This document shows positions 20,280 through 31,182 of a DNA stretch of 64,000 nt, in pieces (the stretch's first letter is position 1; each line of letters starts with the position of its first letter). This DNA is from Antedon mediterranea (Eukaryota > Animalia > Echinodermata): NCBI RefSeq assembly GCF_964355755.1, contig NC_092674.1, positions 30,504,001 to 30,568,000 on the forward strand. Reading direction: 5' to 3'. The translations under genes and the position numbers were made by a program. The notes beneath the pieces were generated by a model. The model was not told the DNA's origin. It saw nothing but the letters and a program-made list of their open reading frames with translations, and searched no databases.

Positions 20280-23200
20280 GAATAGTGACATTCCACATGG
20301 TTTAGTTGGAGAAAGTATAGTTGATGTCTGTTACATTAATGGAATATGCCATCCTTGTCTCCTCGACAGCGGATCTCAAGTTACCGTTATTAGTAATTCC
20401 ATCTTTGAGTCTTTAAATACAAAGCTGTATCCACTTTCTGACCTTGTTCTTTGGCATGGTGGAGGCGGAAAGATACCGTATCTTGGCTGGACCAAGATAG
20501 AATTAGGCTTTAACCAACATTTTGCAGGCACCCGACAGTCATTTTCAACTTTAACATTAGTAATAAAAGACAATCCACAGGCACAACACCAAATTATAGT
20601 TGGTACTAACACTGGTCTTTTTGATAACTTAAGAAGACGATGTAAGAAAGATGCTGGTAATCAATATTTGCAAAAGTTAAATATGCATTCCTGGTGCGCC
20701 ACACTGTATAGCAAGGCAGAGAAAGAAGCACGATTAGGTAGCGAAGGGAAGTTGGGAGTAGTAAAAGCGAAAGGCTCGACTACCATTCCTGCAGGTATGA
20801 CCAAGGAAGTTCAAGGTATTATACGGAACCGTTTGCGAACACCAAAGACTGTGCTTATAGATTCTCTCAGTAGAGGTAATAATCGAGGTATAGTTCCAGT
20901 GGCAAGTATAGCAGAGGTTTCGCACACGTCAACTTGTAAACTAACTGTAAATATATACAATTCAACTAAGGATGATATCCATATTCCTACGGGTGCTCCG
21001 CTGGCGGAAGCAACTCTCCCAGATTTTATTTCTTCTCCAATTTATTCGACTGATGTAAATAGTAATAGTAATGTAACATGTGGAATGACTAATGTGTCCA
21101 GTACAGCTAGTAAAGATGTTACTGTCTCTAAATTGCCGTTCAAGTGGGGACAAAATGTTTCACCCGAAATAAAGACCCGCATACTAGAGAAGTTTGAAAC
21201 CAGATCAAACGTTTTTGCCAAGCATGAATGGGATCTAGGTCTTACAAAACATGCAGAACACGAAATCAACCTTACTGACGACAGCCCCTTCCGTGAGCGT
21301 ACTCGGAAGGTATCACCTGCTGATCTTAAAGACTTACAGAATCACATACAAGAGCTGTTAGACCATGGAGTAATTCGTGAATCTAGGAGCCGATATGCCT
21401 CTCCAATAGTACTTGTTCGCAAGAAAAATGGAAGCTTGAGGATGTGTGTTGATTACCGACTACTAAATTCAAGGTCAGTTCCAGACCAGTACACTGTGCC
21501 TTTAATTCAAGATGCAGTAGACTATTTAAGCGGCTCGAGCTGGTTCTCAGTCATAGATTTGAAATCTGGATTTTACCAAATTCCCATGAAAGAGGAAGAC
21601 AAGGAGCGAACAGCATTCACCTGTCCTGTAGGTTTTTATGAGTTCGAGCGAATGCCGCAAGGTATAAAAGGAGCACCAGCTACCTTCCAACGTCTCATGG
21701 AAACCTGTATGTCTGGACTGAATTACTTAGAAGTTCTTGTGTATATGGACGACCTAATTGTTTTCGCCAAAACCCCTGAAGAAATGGAAACTCGTCTCCT
21801 CAAAGTATTAGATCGACTAAATGATTACGGTTTAAAGGTATCTCCAGAAAAGTGTCAGTTTTTCTGCAAGTCTGTCAAGTACTTAGGCCATATTGTTAGT
21901 GAAGAAGGAATCCAGACTGATCCTGATAAAGTATCTTCAGTGAAGTTTTGGCCACGTCCAACTAACGCAAAAGAGTTGCGAAGTTTTTTAGGACTTACCG
22001 GCTACTATCGACGGTTTGTGGAAGGCTACTCCAAGATTGCTAATCCTCTTCATGCCCTATCTAGTGGTTACGGATATGCCCCGAAGCGAGGACGGGTGAA
22101 GAAACGCAACCATCAGAAATCTGATTTGAAACGAGCATCAGATCCATTTGGTGACTCATGGACCGATGAATGTGAAAATGCCTTTCAGACTTTGAAAGAT
22201 AAGTTGTCTTCATCTCCAGTTCTGGCTTATGCTGATATTACTAAACAGTTCATTCTTCACATTGATGCAAGTCGAGACGGGCTTGGTGCTGTTTTATGCC
22301 AAGAAGTTCAGGGAAAGTTGAAACCAGTAGCATACGCCAGCAGAAGTCTGATACAGAGTGAAAGAAATTATCCAGCTCATAAGCTTGAATTCCTCGCCTT
22401 GAAGTGGGCTGTCACCGACCAATTTCGTGACTATTTGTATCATGCAAAAGGAACTCAAGTTTTGACAGATAACAATCCGTTAACCTATGTTTTGACGAGC
22501 GCGAAACTTGATGCTACAGGACATAGATGGCTTGCTGCCTTAGCAAATTTCGACTTTACAATCAAGTATAAACCTGGCCGCACCAACCAAGATGCTGACG
22601 CCTTGTCGAGAAGACCTACACTGAATAACTCAGCCTCAAAGGACATCTCAGATCAACAAAACATCAAGGATCTATTAGAAACAAGACTCCAAGTATGTTC
22701 GAAAGATGCTATGGATGCAATATATGCTCGAAACTCAGTTACTATTAAAACGTCGGGTAAGAAGAATCCACATAGGAACTTTACACCCTATGCATATTGC
22801 TTGGGCATGGGTCAAGATGAAATACCCAATGAATTCTTAGCTTCAGATATAAATCCAGATTCTATAGATTGGAGAGAGGCTCAGACGAAAGACCCAGTAA
22901 TTAATAAAGTACGCAACGCAGTAACCGCTGGTCGGAAACCTGCTAAGGAATACACCGATGACAATAAAGAACTTTTCCAGATTTATAGAGAATTCCATAG
23001 GCTGAAGATCCATGATGGTATACTATATAGACACGTAATCAAACCGGATGGCACTCCTATTAGACAGCTTGTTTTGCCTGATGAATATAGACAAAAGTCA
23101 ATCAGGATGTTACACAATGAACTCGGACATCTAGGAGTTGAACGCACTACGGCACTAGCTAGAGAAAGGTTTTATTGGCCAAAGATGGCAGCAGATATTG

Positions 23201-25248
23201 ATACCTGGATAAAGCATTGCATAAGATGCCTTGCAAGAAAGGCGCTTCCGCAGAAGTCTGCACCACTACACACTATAAAGACCAATGGCCCAATGGAACT
23301 TGTCTGCATGGATTTCCTATCGTTAGAGCCCGACGCAAGTGGTCGAAAATCCATCCTAGTAGTAACAGATCATTTTACAAGGTATGCGCAAGCATTTGCT
23401 ACTAAAGACCAAACTGCTTGTACGGTAGCAAAAGTTCTTTGGGAGCAGTACTTCAAACACTATGGTCTCCCAGCGCGACTTCATTCAGATCAAGGCCCTG
23501 AGTTTGAAAACAAGGTGATTCGTCAGCTCACGACGCTGCTTGGGATAAAGAAGTCTAGAACTACACCCTACCACCCTCAAGGCGATCCCCAACCTGAACG
23601 TTTTAACAGAACGCTCCTAAATATGTTAGGAACATTGGAAACGGAAAAAAAGGTCCATTGGAGCAGACACATCGGAGCTCTTGTGCATGCCTACAACTGC
23701 ACCAAAAATGATAGTACTGGATTTTCTCCTTACTATCTAATGTTCGGTAGAGAAGCAAGATTACCCATAGACATCTGTTTTGGTATCAGCACCGATGGCC
23801 ACTCGCACACCAGTCATGGACAGTACGTGAAAGAACTGCGCCAAGGCCTGAAAAAGGCATACGAAGTAGCTAAGTTGGAAGCCGAAAAACATGCTGCTAC
23901 CAATAAAAGGCGCTACGATGAAAAGTTGAGAGTAAAGTCTTCCGAATTACAACCTGGAGATAGAGTGATGGTTAGGAACTTTGGACTAAAAGGCAAGAAC
24001 AAATTGGCAGATAAATGGAAGTCACATCCATATATAGTAGTGGATAAGTTACCAAACCTGCCAGTTTATAAAGTGACACCAGAAAAGGATAGGGACGTTG
24101 TTAAAACACTTCACAGAGATCACTTACTGCCGATAGGTTATCTAACTGGAGTGGAAGAAATTACAACAAAGCCCACCAAAGTCCACAAACCAAAGACGAG
24201 ATCCCACCAGAAGATCAACAATAATATTCAAGATACTAGTGATGACAGTGAGAGTGACAGTGATGAAGATGATGAATTAATAGTACCAATAGTTATAGAG
24301 CACCATAGTACTGTATGCGACTCTGAGGACCAAGTACCGGTAGCTGATTCTGAGGAACTTTTAATTCCAGATGATAATTCTGTTATACCAGACCCACTGT
24401 CTACACCTTCTTCAACTCAACCACACCTAAACGTCGATGTACCTCCATTTACACCTCGATCAATTATCCGGTTACTGACTGATCAGAAGGAACCTCCTGA
24501 AATAATCCACGACATTGAGACTGGTAACAGAGAAAGTGTTGCGAGTGAAGCAATACCCGAAATTGCTGTTGGTGGTATGATGGTGGATCCTGATACGTCG
24601 GAGACAGCAGCAAACGATACTGAAGTTGTGGTAGATCCTACACCCAGGTCGTATTCATGTGTTGATAGCACGCATGGACCGATACCGGACACGGTTATTG
24701 TGGAAGGTATCGGAGACGGAATGCCGATCAGAGATGGACATGAAAACTGCAGTTCTGTTGATGATGACAGTAACATCATCACTGTTAATGATAATAAAGA
24801 TCAGATGACTGTGACTGATACCACCACCATCTTGTATGATGATAATGTATCTATCCCTTGTATAGAGGAACCAATGCAAGATATGGAAACTGCAGATAGT
24901 GATGCAGATGCAGACAAAATTAATTCAGATTCAGCAGATGACACCCAAACCCTACCAACTTCCAAAACGTCACAACCAATCGTTACTCAGCCGGAACCAA
25001 CTTCAATGGATGAACTGATCTTGTTAACTTCAAGTGATGCAAGTGATAAACCTCTGACCACTGACCAAATCGATCATGAAGAAACCCAAGATGACGATTT
25101 GAGAGGGGAGGAGACTTCGACCCGTCCACGTAGAGAAAGAAGACCACCAGCTAGGTTACAATACGATAATTTAGGAAATCCTTCCTTTTATGTTTTTTTA
25201 ACTAATATTGGAAATGCTATGTCTGCATTAGGGACAATGCATAGTTAG
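20221..25248 (+). CDS. pol: Pol polyprotein (aspartic protease, RT, RNase H, integrase, acidic tail), expressed as Gag-Pol
   Basis: The frame is open upstream of the listed ORF start (20668) and encodes protease LLDSGSQVT (DSG at 20365) ... IIVGTN. Also RT YMDD (21742), RNase H DAS, integrase HHCC plus D,D,E and a GPY/F-like region. No internal stops. Confidence 0.95.
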   Translation, partial: KRKTASEKERPDVIRRSVAPNSDIPHGLVGESIVDVCYINGICHPCLLDSGSQVTVISNSIFESLNTKLYPLSDLVLWHGGGGKIPYLGWTKIELGFNQHFAGTRQSFSTLTLVIKDNPQAQHQIIVGTNTGLFDNLRRRCKKDAGNQYLQKLNMHSWCATLYSKAEKEARLGSEGKLGVVKAKGSTTIPAGMTKEVQGIIRNRLRTPKTVLIDSLSRGNNRGIVPVASIAEVSHTSTCKLTVNIYNSTKDDIHIPTGAPLAEATLPDFISSPIYSTDVNSNSNVTCGMTNVSSTASKDVTVSKLPFKWGQNVSPEIKTRILEKFETRSNVFAKHEWDLGLTKHAEHEINLTDDSPFRERTRKVSPADLKDLQNHIQELLDHGVIRESRSRYASPIVLVRKKNGSLRMCVDYRLLNSRSVPDQYTVPLIQDAVDYLSGSSWFSVIDLKSGFYQIPMKEEDKERTAFTCPVGFYEFERMPQGIKGAPATFQRLMETCMSGLNYLEVLVYMDDLIVFAKTPEEMETRLLKVLDRLNDYGLKVSPEKCQFFCKSVKYLGHIVSEEGIQTDPDKVSSVKFWPRPTNAKELRSFLGLTGYYRRFVEGYSKIANPLHALSSGYGYAPKRGRVKKRNHQKSDLKRASDPFGDSWTDECENAFQTLKDKLSSSPVLAYADITKQFILHIDASRDGLGAVLCQEVQGKLKPVAYASRSLIQSERNYPAHKLEFLALKWAVTDQFRDYLYHAKGTQVLTDNNPLTYVLTSAKLDATGHRWLAALANFDFTIKYKPGRTNQDADALSRRPTLNNSASKDISDQQNIKDLLETRLQVCSKDAMDAIYARNSVTIKTSGKKNPHRNFTPYAYCLGMGQDEIPNEFLASDINPDSIDWREAQTKDPVINKVRNAVTAGRKPAKEYTDDNKELFQIYREFHRLKIHDGILYRHVIKPDGTPIRQLVLPDEYRQKSIRMLHNELGHLGVERTTALARERFYWPKMAADIDTWIKHCIRCLARKALPQKSAPLHTIKTNGPMELVCMDFLSLEPDASGRKSILVVTDHFTRYAQAFATKDQTACTVAKVLWEQYFKHYGLPARLHSDQGPEFENKVIRQLTTLLGIKKSRTTPYHPQGDPQPERFNRTLLNMLGTLETEKKVHWSRHIGALVHAYNCTKNDSTGFSPYYLMFGREARLPIDICFGISTDGHSHTSHGQYVKELRQGLKKAYEVAKLEAEKHAATNKRRYDEKLRVKSSELQPGDRVMVRNFGLKGKNKLADKWKSHPYIVVDKLPNLPVYKVTPEKDRDVVKTLHRDHLLPIGYLTGVEEITTKPTKVHKPKTRSHQKINNNIQDTSDDSESDSDEDDELIVPIVIEHHSTVCDSEDQVPVADSEELLIPDDNSVIPDPLSTPSSTQPHLNVDVPPFTPRSIIRLLTDQKEPPEIIHDIETGNRESVASEAIPEIAVGGMMVDPDTSETAANDTEVVVDPTPRSYSCVDSTHGPIPDTVIVEGIGDGMPIRDGHENCSSVDDDSNIITVNDNKDQMTVTDTTTILYDDNVSIPCIEEPMQDMETADSDADADKINSDSADDTQTLPTSKTSQPIVTQPEPTSMDELILLTSSDASDKPLTTDQIDHEETQDDDLRGEETSTRPRRERRPPARLQYDNLGNPSFYVFLTNIGNAMSALGTMHS

Positions 25249-25259
25249 AGAGGGGAGGG
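25247..25259 (+). promoter_or_regulatory. Polypurine tract
   Basis: AGAGAGGGGAGGG immediately before the 3' LTR, overlapping the pol stop codon. Confidence 0.9.
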
Positions 25260-26643
25260 TGTAACCCAGTGAAAAATCACAAATGACAGAGAACCATAAT
25301 ATAGAGAGCCCTCTTGCGATGTTTGTAATTAATTAAAGAAGACATAAAGCCTAGCCCCACATTCCATTCTCCTGATGCACACAGATAAGGCCAAGACATA
25401 CAAGTGTAACAGTGCTCCGACCATATTAACAACCTGTTTTTTAAAGTTTCTATCTGGCCCGTACGACTGGCTCTTTTAGGTAAGCAGTTGTTTTGTATTA
25501 ATTACCTCTTTAATTGGTTTTGTTATATTTAATAAGCTTTATAAGATAGATTTAATTATAGATTAGTGACTTCTCATTTTTTGTTTATGATAGTACAGTG
25601 TGTATAAAGACACTAACGTACCCAGGATATGCATTATAGGCTATCTGTACACATTAAAGTAAGGTCCCAAATTGTTTTAGAGAGTTTGTACCTGAATATC
25701 AGTGTATTAATTACAGTGTACTTATATTGTTAATATTATTATTTTAGTAGCGATACATCGAATTTTATTAATTATTAGAAGCCGATGATGCCATAGACGA
25801 AAGGCTATCGCCTTTTTACGATGATCAATCCTTATACTATTTTAGGCCATTAGTAATTATTTATTGATGAGTGATCAAGAAACGAACGTCTTGATTATGA
25901 CGACCGATATTGAATCGATGATAGGACTAACTCATGTATTATCAGTTTTATTAGAATTGTATTAATCTTTGTTGTTTTTGTAGTATAGTTAACTTTATAT
26001 TTGAACTTGTTTTTAATTATTATTTCTAGAATGAAGCTACTTGCTTGATTATTATATTTGTGTATGATTGTTTTCCCACAATCAAATAGTCCAATATATT
26101 AACAGGGTGAACTTTTAAGTGTAATTAGACCCTATGCTAGCATTCCTAATCACCGTCGAGGTCACATATGTTCGCTGAATTGGCTGAACGAATGATGATA
26201 CATAGGGGTATTAGCACACTTGTTAGAACTTTTATTACACTCTTGATCTAGTATGTTAAAGGATACGTTTGTATTAAAGATATTCAACGGAATATGTTAG
26301 GCTTAGTAAATGTATAAAGTGATGAAGCATTAGCGTGTTTTATATTGAATTTTCACTTAATTACTATTGCTATAGCATTTATGTTTTGTTACGATGTTAT
26401 TGATTATAATGAAGATGATTTTGGATTAATTAGAGATCAAGAGTTACCTGTTTTAATAGGAATTACACATAGTATATTGCATTGTTTAAATCGATTTATG
26501 TATGTTAGTTATGTTATAATACATGTATGTATTCTCTTTTAGTTTCAGATTAAATTAAACTTCAATTGGAATAAACTCCGGAATAATATAAATTTATTTG
26601 GAATCCGAGTTTTTATTAGTATTTTCGAACAAGAAGGGTTACA
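25260..26643 (+). repeat. 3' LTR
   Basis: Same length as the 5' LTR. I saw no differences by eye. Confidence 0.96.
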
Positions 26644-28897
26644 TTAGTTTACTGATGGATTTGATATAATAAATAAAACTTACCTGGAGCCGGCACGGAT
26701 CCACCACTATTTCCTGTGAATACGGAATAAAATGAATTAATTACTAATATAAAGTAGTGAATAACATTATTTTCGCTAAGTGTTGAGAGACTAATTGTGT
26801 TGAGAGACATTCATAGCAAATGGACTTATTGAGTCCAAACGACGGCAAAACACTAAATAAATAGTTCGTAGAAACAACAGTGAATTTTAGTCTATAGCAT
26901 ACTACAAGACTGCTCTCGCACATTCATATAATATATGTTTATATAGTACTGTAGCATTTACCTTTTGGTCCTGGTGGTCCCTGTGATCCTTTCGGTCCTG
27001 GTGGTCCCCGGCCTCCTCCCGAACCTTTTGTTCCCGGTGGTCCCCGTGGCCCTTGTGCTCCCCGATTCCCTCCCGATCCCTTTGGTCCTGGTGGCCCACG
27101 TGCTCCTTGTGGTCCCCGAGCTCCTCCTGAACCCTTTGGTCCCGGTGGTCCTTGTGCTCCCCGATTCCCTCCTGATCCTTTTGGTCCTGGTGGTCCCCGT
27201 GGCCCTTGTGCTCCCCGATTCCCTCCCGATCCCTTTGGTCCCGGTGGCCCACGTGCTCCTTGTGGTCCCTGAGCTCCTCCTGAACCCTTAGGTCCCGGTG
27301 GTCCTTGTGCTCCCCGATTCCCTCCTGATCCTTTTGGTCCTGGTGGTCCCAGTGGCCCTTGTGCTCCCCGATTTCCTCCCGATCCCTTTGGTCCCGGTGG
27401 CCCACGTGCTCCTTGTGCCCCCCGAGTTCCTCCTTCCCCTTTTTGTCCTTGTGGTCCTTGTGCTCCCCGATTCCCTCCCGATCCTTTTGGTCCTGGTGGT
27501 CCACGTGCTCCTTGTGGTCCCCGAGCTCCCCCTGATCCCTTTGGTCCTGGTGGTCCTTTTGGCCCTTGTGCTCCTTGAGCTCCTCCTGATCCTTTTGGTC
27601 CTGGTGGTCCCTTTGGCCCTTGTGCTCCTTTAGCTCCTCCTGATCCTTTTGGTCCTGGTGGTCCTTTTGGCCCTTGTGCTCCTTGAGCTCCTCCTGATCC
27701 CTTTGGTCCAGGTGGTCCTTTTGGCCCTTGTGCTCCTTGAGCTCCTCCTGATCCCTTTGGTCCTGGTGGTCCTTGTGGTCCCATTGATCCTGTCGATCCC
27801 TTGTACCCTGGTGATCCCTTTTGCCCATTGTCTCCGGCAGTTCCTAATAAATTGTACCAATTATGTCAATAAACGTAGTACTGAAGAAAGTTACAAACAC
27901 AATAGAATAGAGTAGAACTAGAAAACTGGGCTTAGATGTACAAGCCTGGCTTTGATGCGATGCGCAAATGACTGCATTTTGAAGCAGTATGTAAGTGACA
28001 GAAGTAAGAATTTACTTTGTCATATTCAGGAATTATGATGAATCAAAATCCTAATACAAACAAAGTACTTACTCTGAGGGTCCCTAATGATCAGAAATTG
28101 CTGGATGGATCACCCTCATTAAATATGGTCAACAACAAAAAAATTACTTAGTATTATTTAAAAAAAAAACAAGTAAAAGTAATCACTTACCTCGGTCCCC
28201 TTTCGGGCCCTTTAGACCTATTAGTATAAAAGTACGTTAATATATTTAATTAATTACACACACCGTGCTATCGCAAACATTATTGATTTCAGAAATATTT
28301 ATTAAACCTAAATGCTTTTCTAAAATTCTAGTACAAATGTTCTATGTGTATTTCGTTTCTGTTTTCTGACCAATGCAACTCACTCACCAGGTTCGCCTTT
28401 TTGTCCCGGCATGCCCACACCAAGTTCCCCTTTATTTCCTAGAGGACCAGGATTTCCTTTTTCACCCATATCACCTTTAAAATAAATGTATAGATTAATG
28501 TAGGCCTATATTTTGACCATTTCAATTTGTATGTGAATTTTGTTCCAGTTTTGTAATGACTATTAGTAATGTAAACAAACAAAATGTTGTACACCTCATC
28601 ATATTATGGGGGACTTACCCTTTTCTCCTTTGCAACCGATCTCACCGTTTAATCCGGGAACACCAGGTATACCTGAAATATATTAATACAATTTCATTAT
28701 TTTACTGTACTATTGTGTGACGTAATTACATAACTTTGATCAATGTCACCACTAAACCCCGTCGTCATAACACCTCCCCACAACCAATTAGCTATACAAT
28801 TGCAGGTGTTCCCAAATCACACCATCACTTCAATTGAATACGTCTTTATGGAAATTACGTAGACATTCGTAACATATTATTTCGTTGTTGTTTTTAC

Positions 28898-29100
28898 AGT
28901 TTGGTTTTCACTAGCGACGCAACGCGAGGAGGTACGCGCAACGCAAGCGAGTTGACCAATGACAAGCCACTGTTCGAATAATCAAAATATAATAATTTTT
29001 GATTGGTCAAATCACTTACGTTGTGTTATGTCCTTGCGTTGCGTCAAAGAACTTATAACTTATATGTTATAATTTCTTTGGTTGCGTCGCTAGTGAGAAA
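28898..29100. mobile_element. Palindromic MITE related to 15767-15928, in a paralogue B intron; copy at 48679-48881
   Basis: TTTTCACTAGCGACGCAAC ... GTTGCGTCGCTAGTGAGAAA inverted ends, with internal GACCAAT/ATTGGTC symmetry. Confidence 0.55.
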
Positions 29101-31182
29101 ACATTCACACATAGGCTATAGTATTGCTATACTTTACTAAAATAACCCTCACCTGGAACTGCGGGAACTGGGCTGTTACCCTTCTGGCCTTTTGGGCCTG
29201 GTGGTCCTTTGGGACCTGAAAGAAATAGGGGTCATGAATAAAAAAAAATGTTTAAAAATATAGAAATAGTGCTTCATGATGTGTCCAGGAAAAGTTGAAT
29301 TGAACAGAATTGAAATATTTAAAATTCACGTGTGTGTAATTTAGATACTACTGTAATACCAATTGTCAGTGAAAGAGCAAAATGAACAATTATTCAGCGG
29401 CCGCTTTCAGTAATTTAATAATCATTTTGGATAGATATTCTCTAACTAAGGAGGCCTAACTTACCTTGTTATTCTAGTACACCAGTATCTTCTCATCTAT
29501 CTATTATAGCAAGATTTCTGATACACGGTACTTTATACCAATATTAACGGAAACGAAAAGAATATTATATAAACCACTAAATGAGGAAAACATCCTATGA
29601 TACTGGTACTCTTCCAGGAATTGTTAAGGAAACCTACTATGAAAGTACAGAACCTATCATTGTCTTTTTTGGTATACTCAACTTGACTACCTGTCAGTCA
29701 GAGTTTGTGAATCTTTAGTCGACATAAATTAATTTGTAAATATATTCATTAAGTCTGGAATTTCAATTTTAGTGCCTGACGTATTCTCCCATGTACTGCT
29801 TCATTCTTCTGTTTAACTCTCCTCATTTTATCATGTAGTGACAACCATTTTCCTTCATTCTTTTTTCCTTAGTACGATGTATTATGACATGTTTCCCATT
29901 CGAATGAAAGTTCGTACGTGCTGGTATATAATTCAATTCAATTCAATTCAAATAAACATTTATTTCTTTCATTCATATTTGAGTAAAAAACATTATAATT
30001 TCTGATATTTTATAAATAAATATTTTTTTTTTTTTAGAGATATAATACAGTAAATCATAATGTATAAAAAGATGATTCAGTTATATACAAAATGAAAGAG
30101 GCAAAAAAACCCAAGAAAGTATCGATCAATTGGAAAAAAAAATCCAATTGAAACTTGTATGTTGGGAAGCCATGTAAGAAGATTATATACTTATATATAT
30201 AAATGTAAACATATAACTACACAAACACATATAGATCAACAGACACACACACACACACACCAACAGTAAAGGAAGCAATTTCGAAAAAGTTTCTAAAGTT
30301 AAAAAAATATTACAAAATAGAGAAAACAATTAGTTATAATTTGAAATAAGATATTCTTTAAGTTTAAAAGTTGCAATCAATCCGGTAGTGAACAAATGTT
30401 CTGATGAAGACACGTGAAACATTTTGACAATTTAAGGTTTGTAAAATGTGCTGTAGGTTTATTTAAAATTATACTTTATGTTTTTCATTGTTCTGACGCT
30501 TAAAAACTATTAAAGGGTTAAAGCAAATTTAATGTATAGTAACCTATAGTTTATACACAACACAAGTAATTTGTTTAAAGTACTACTTTTAAAGAAGGAT
30601 GTGGTTTGTATATATGTGGGTTCGGAGTAATAGAAACGTTAAGATGACCAGTACATTGTTTGTGTTTCAGATTAATAGAAACAAGCAATGACGTACTATA
30701 TAGTATTCGCACACTAAAGCGTGTCGCAACGAAATCCCAAACAACACGCGTCGTGATTGGTCAAAATACTTGCCTTGCGCTTACATCTTTGGGAATAATG
30801 GTGTTTCTACCGCTGTTATAAAAAAAACCACACAACACACAAATAATATAAACTGTTTTATTCTAAAATTTTCACCGGCTTATTCTTTGTTGCTTTTAGT
30901 CACAATTGGTTTTGATTTTACTTAATACAAAAAGAATAAATTGTAATAATAGAGAAAGAAATGAATGTGGCTATATACAATATTTTGTATTTTATGGTTA
31001 TGCTAATATAGTCAGATATGTATCTGATAGACTTGCAACAGTCTTTAACAGAGAGTCTCGTGACAGAATCGGGTGTAATACGAAAGTCAAACATCATACA
31101 AATTTGTATATTGATAATTATTCTAGCTAGAAAGTTAGATTACTAAGAACATTGGAATAAATTCTTTAAACATGGATTCGTT

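Larger units (their letters stand above)
17489..26643 (+). mobile_element. Full-length Ty3/Gypsy LTR retrotransposon, 9,155 bp
   Basis: Two 1,384-bp LTRs (TGTAACCC...GGGTTACA), PBS, PPT, gag and pol in PR-RT-RH-IN order, and a 4-bp imperfect TSD (TTGG/TTAG). The empty site is at 46421-46430. Confidence 0.97.
16634..29215 (-). pseudogene. Collagen-EGF paralogue B1: 8 in-frame exons, but ATG/TM exons are deleted and a Gypsy element sits in one intron
   Basis: Exons: 29215-29153, 28672-28619, 28474-28388, 28217-28191, 27843-26962 (882 bp = 98 GXY), 26713-26684, 17134-17030 (EGF DPCHPNPCQNGGRC...), 16695-16634 (IRRPTADSWRCREEPHLLQK*). At about 29395 the intron-2-like sequence joins directly to upstream sequence homologous to 1526 onward. 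Confidence 0.75.
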
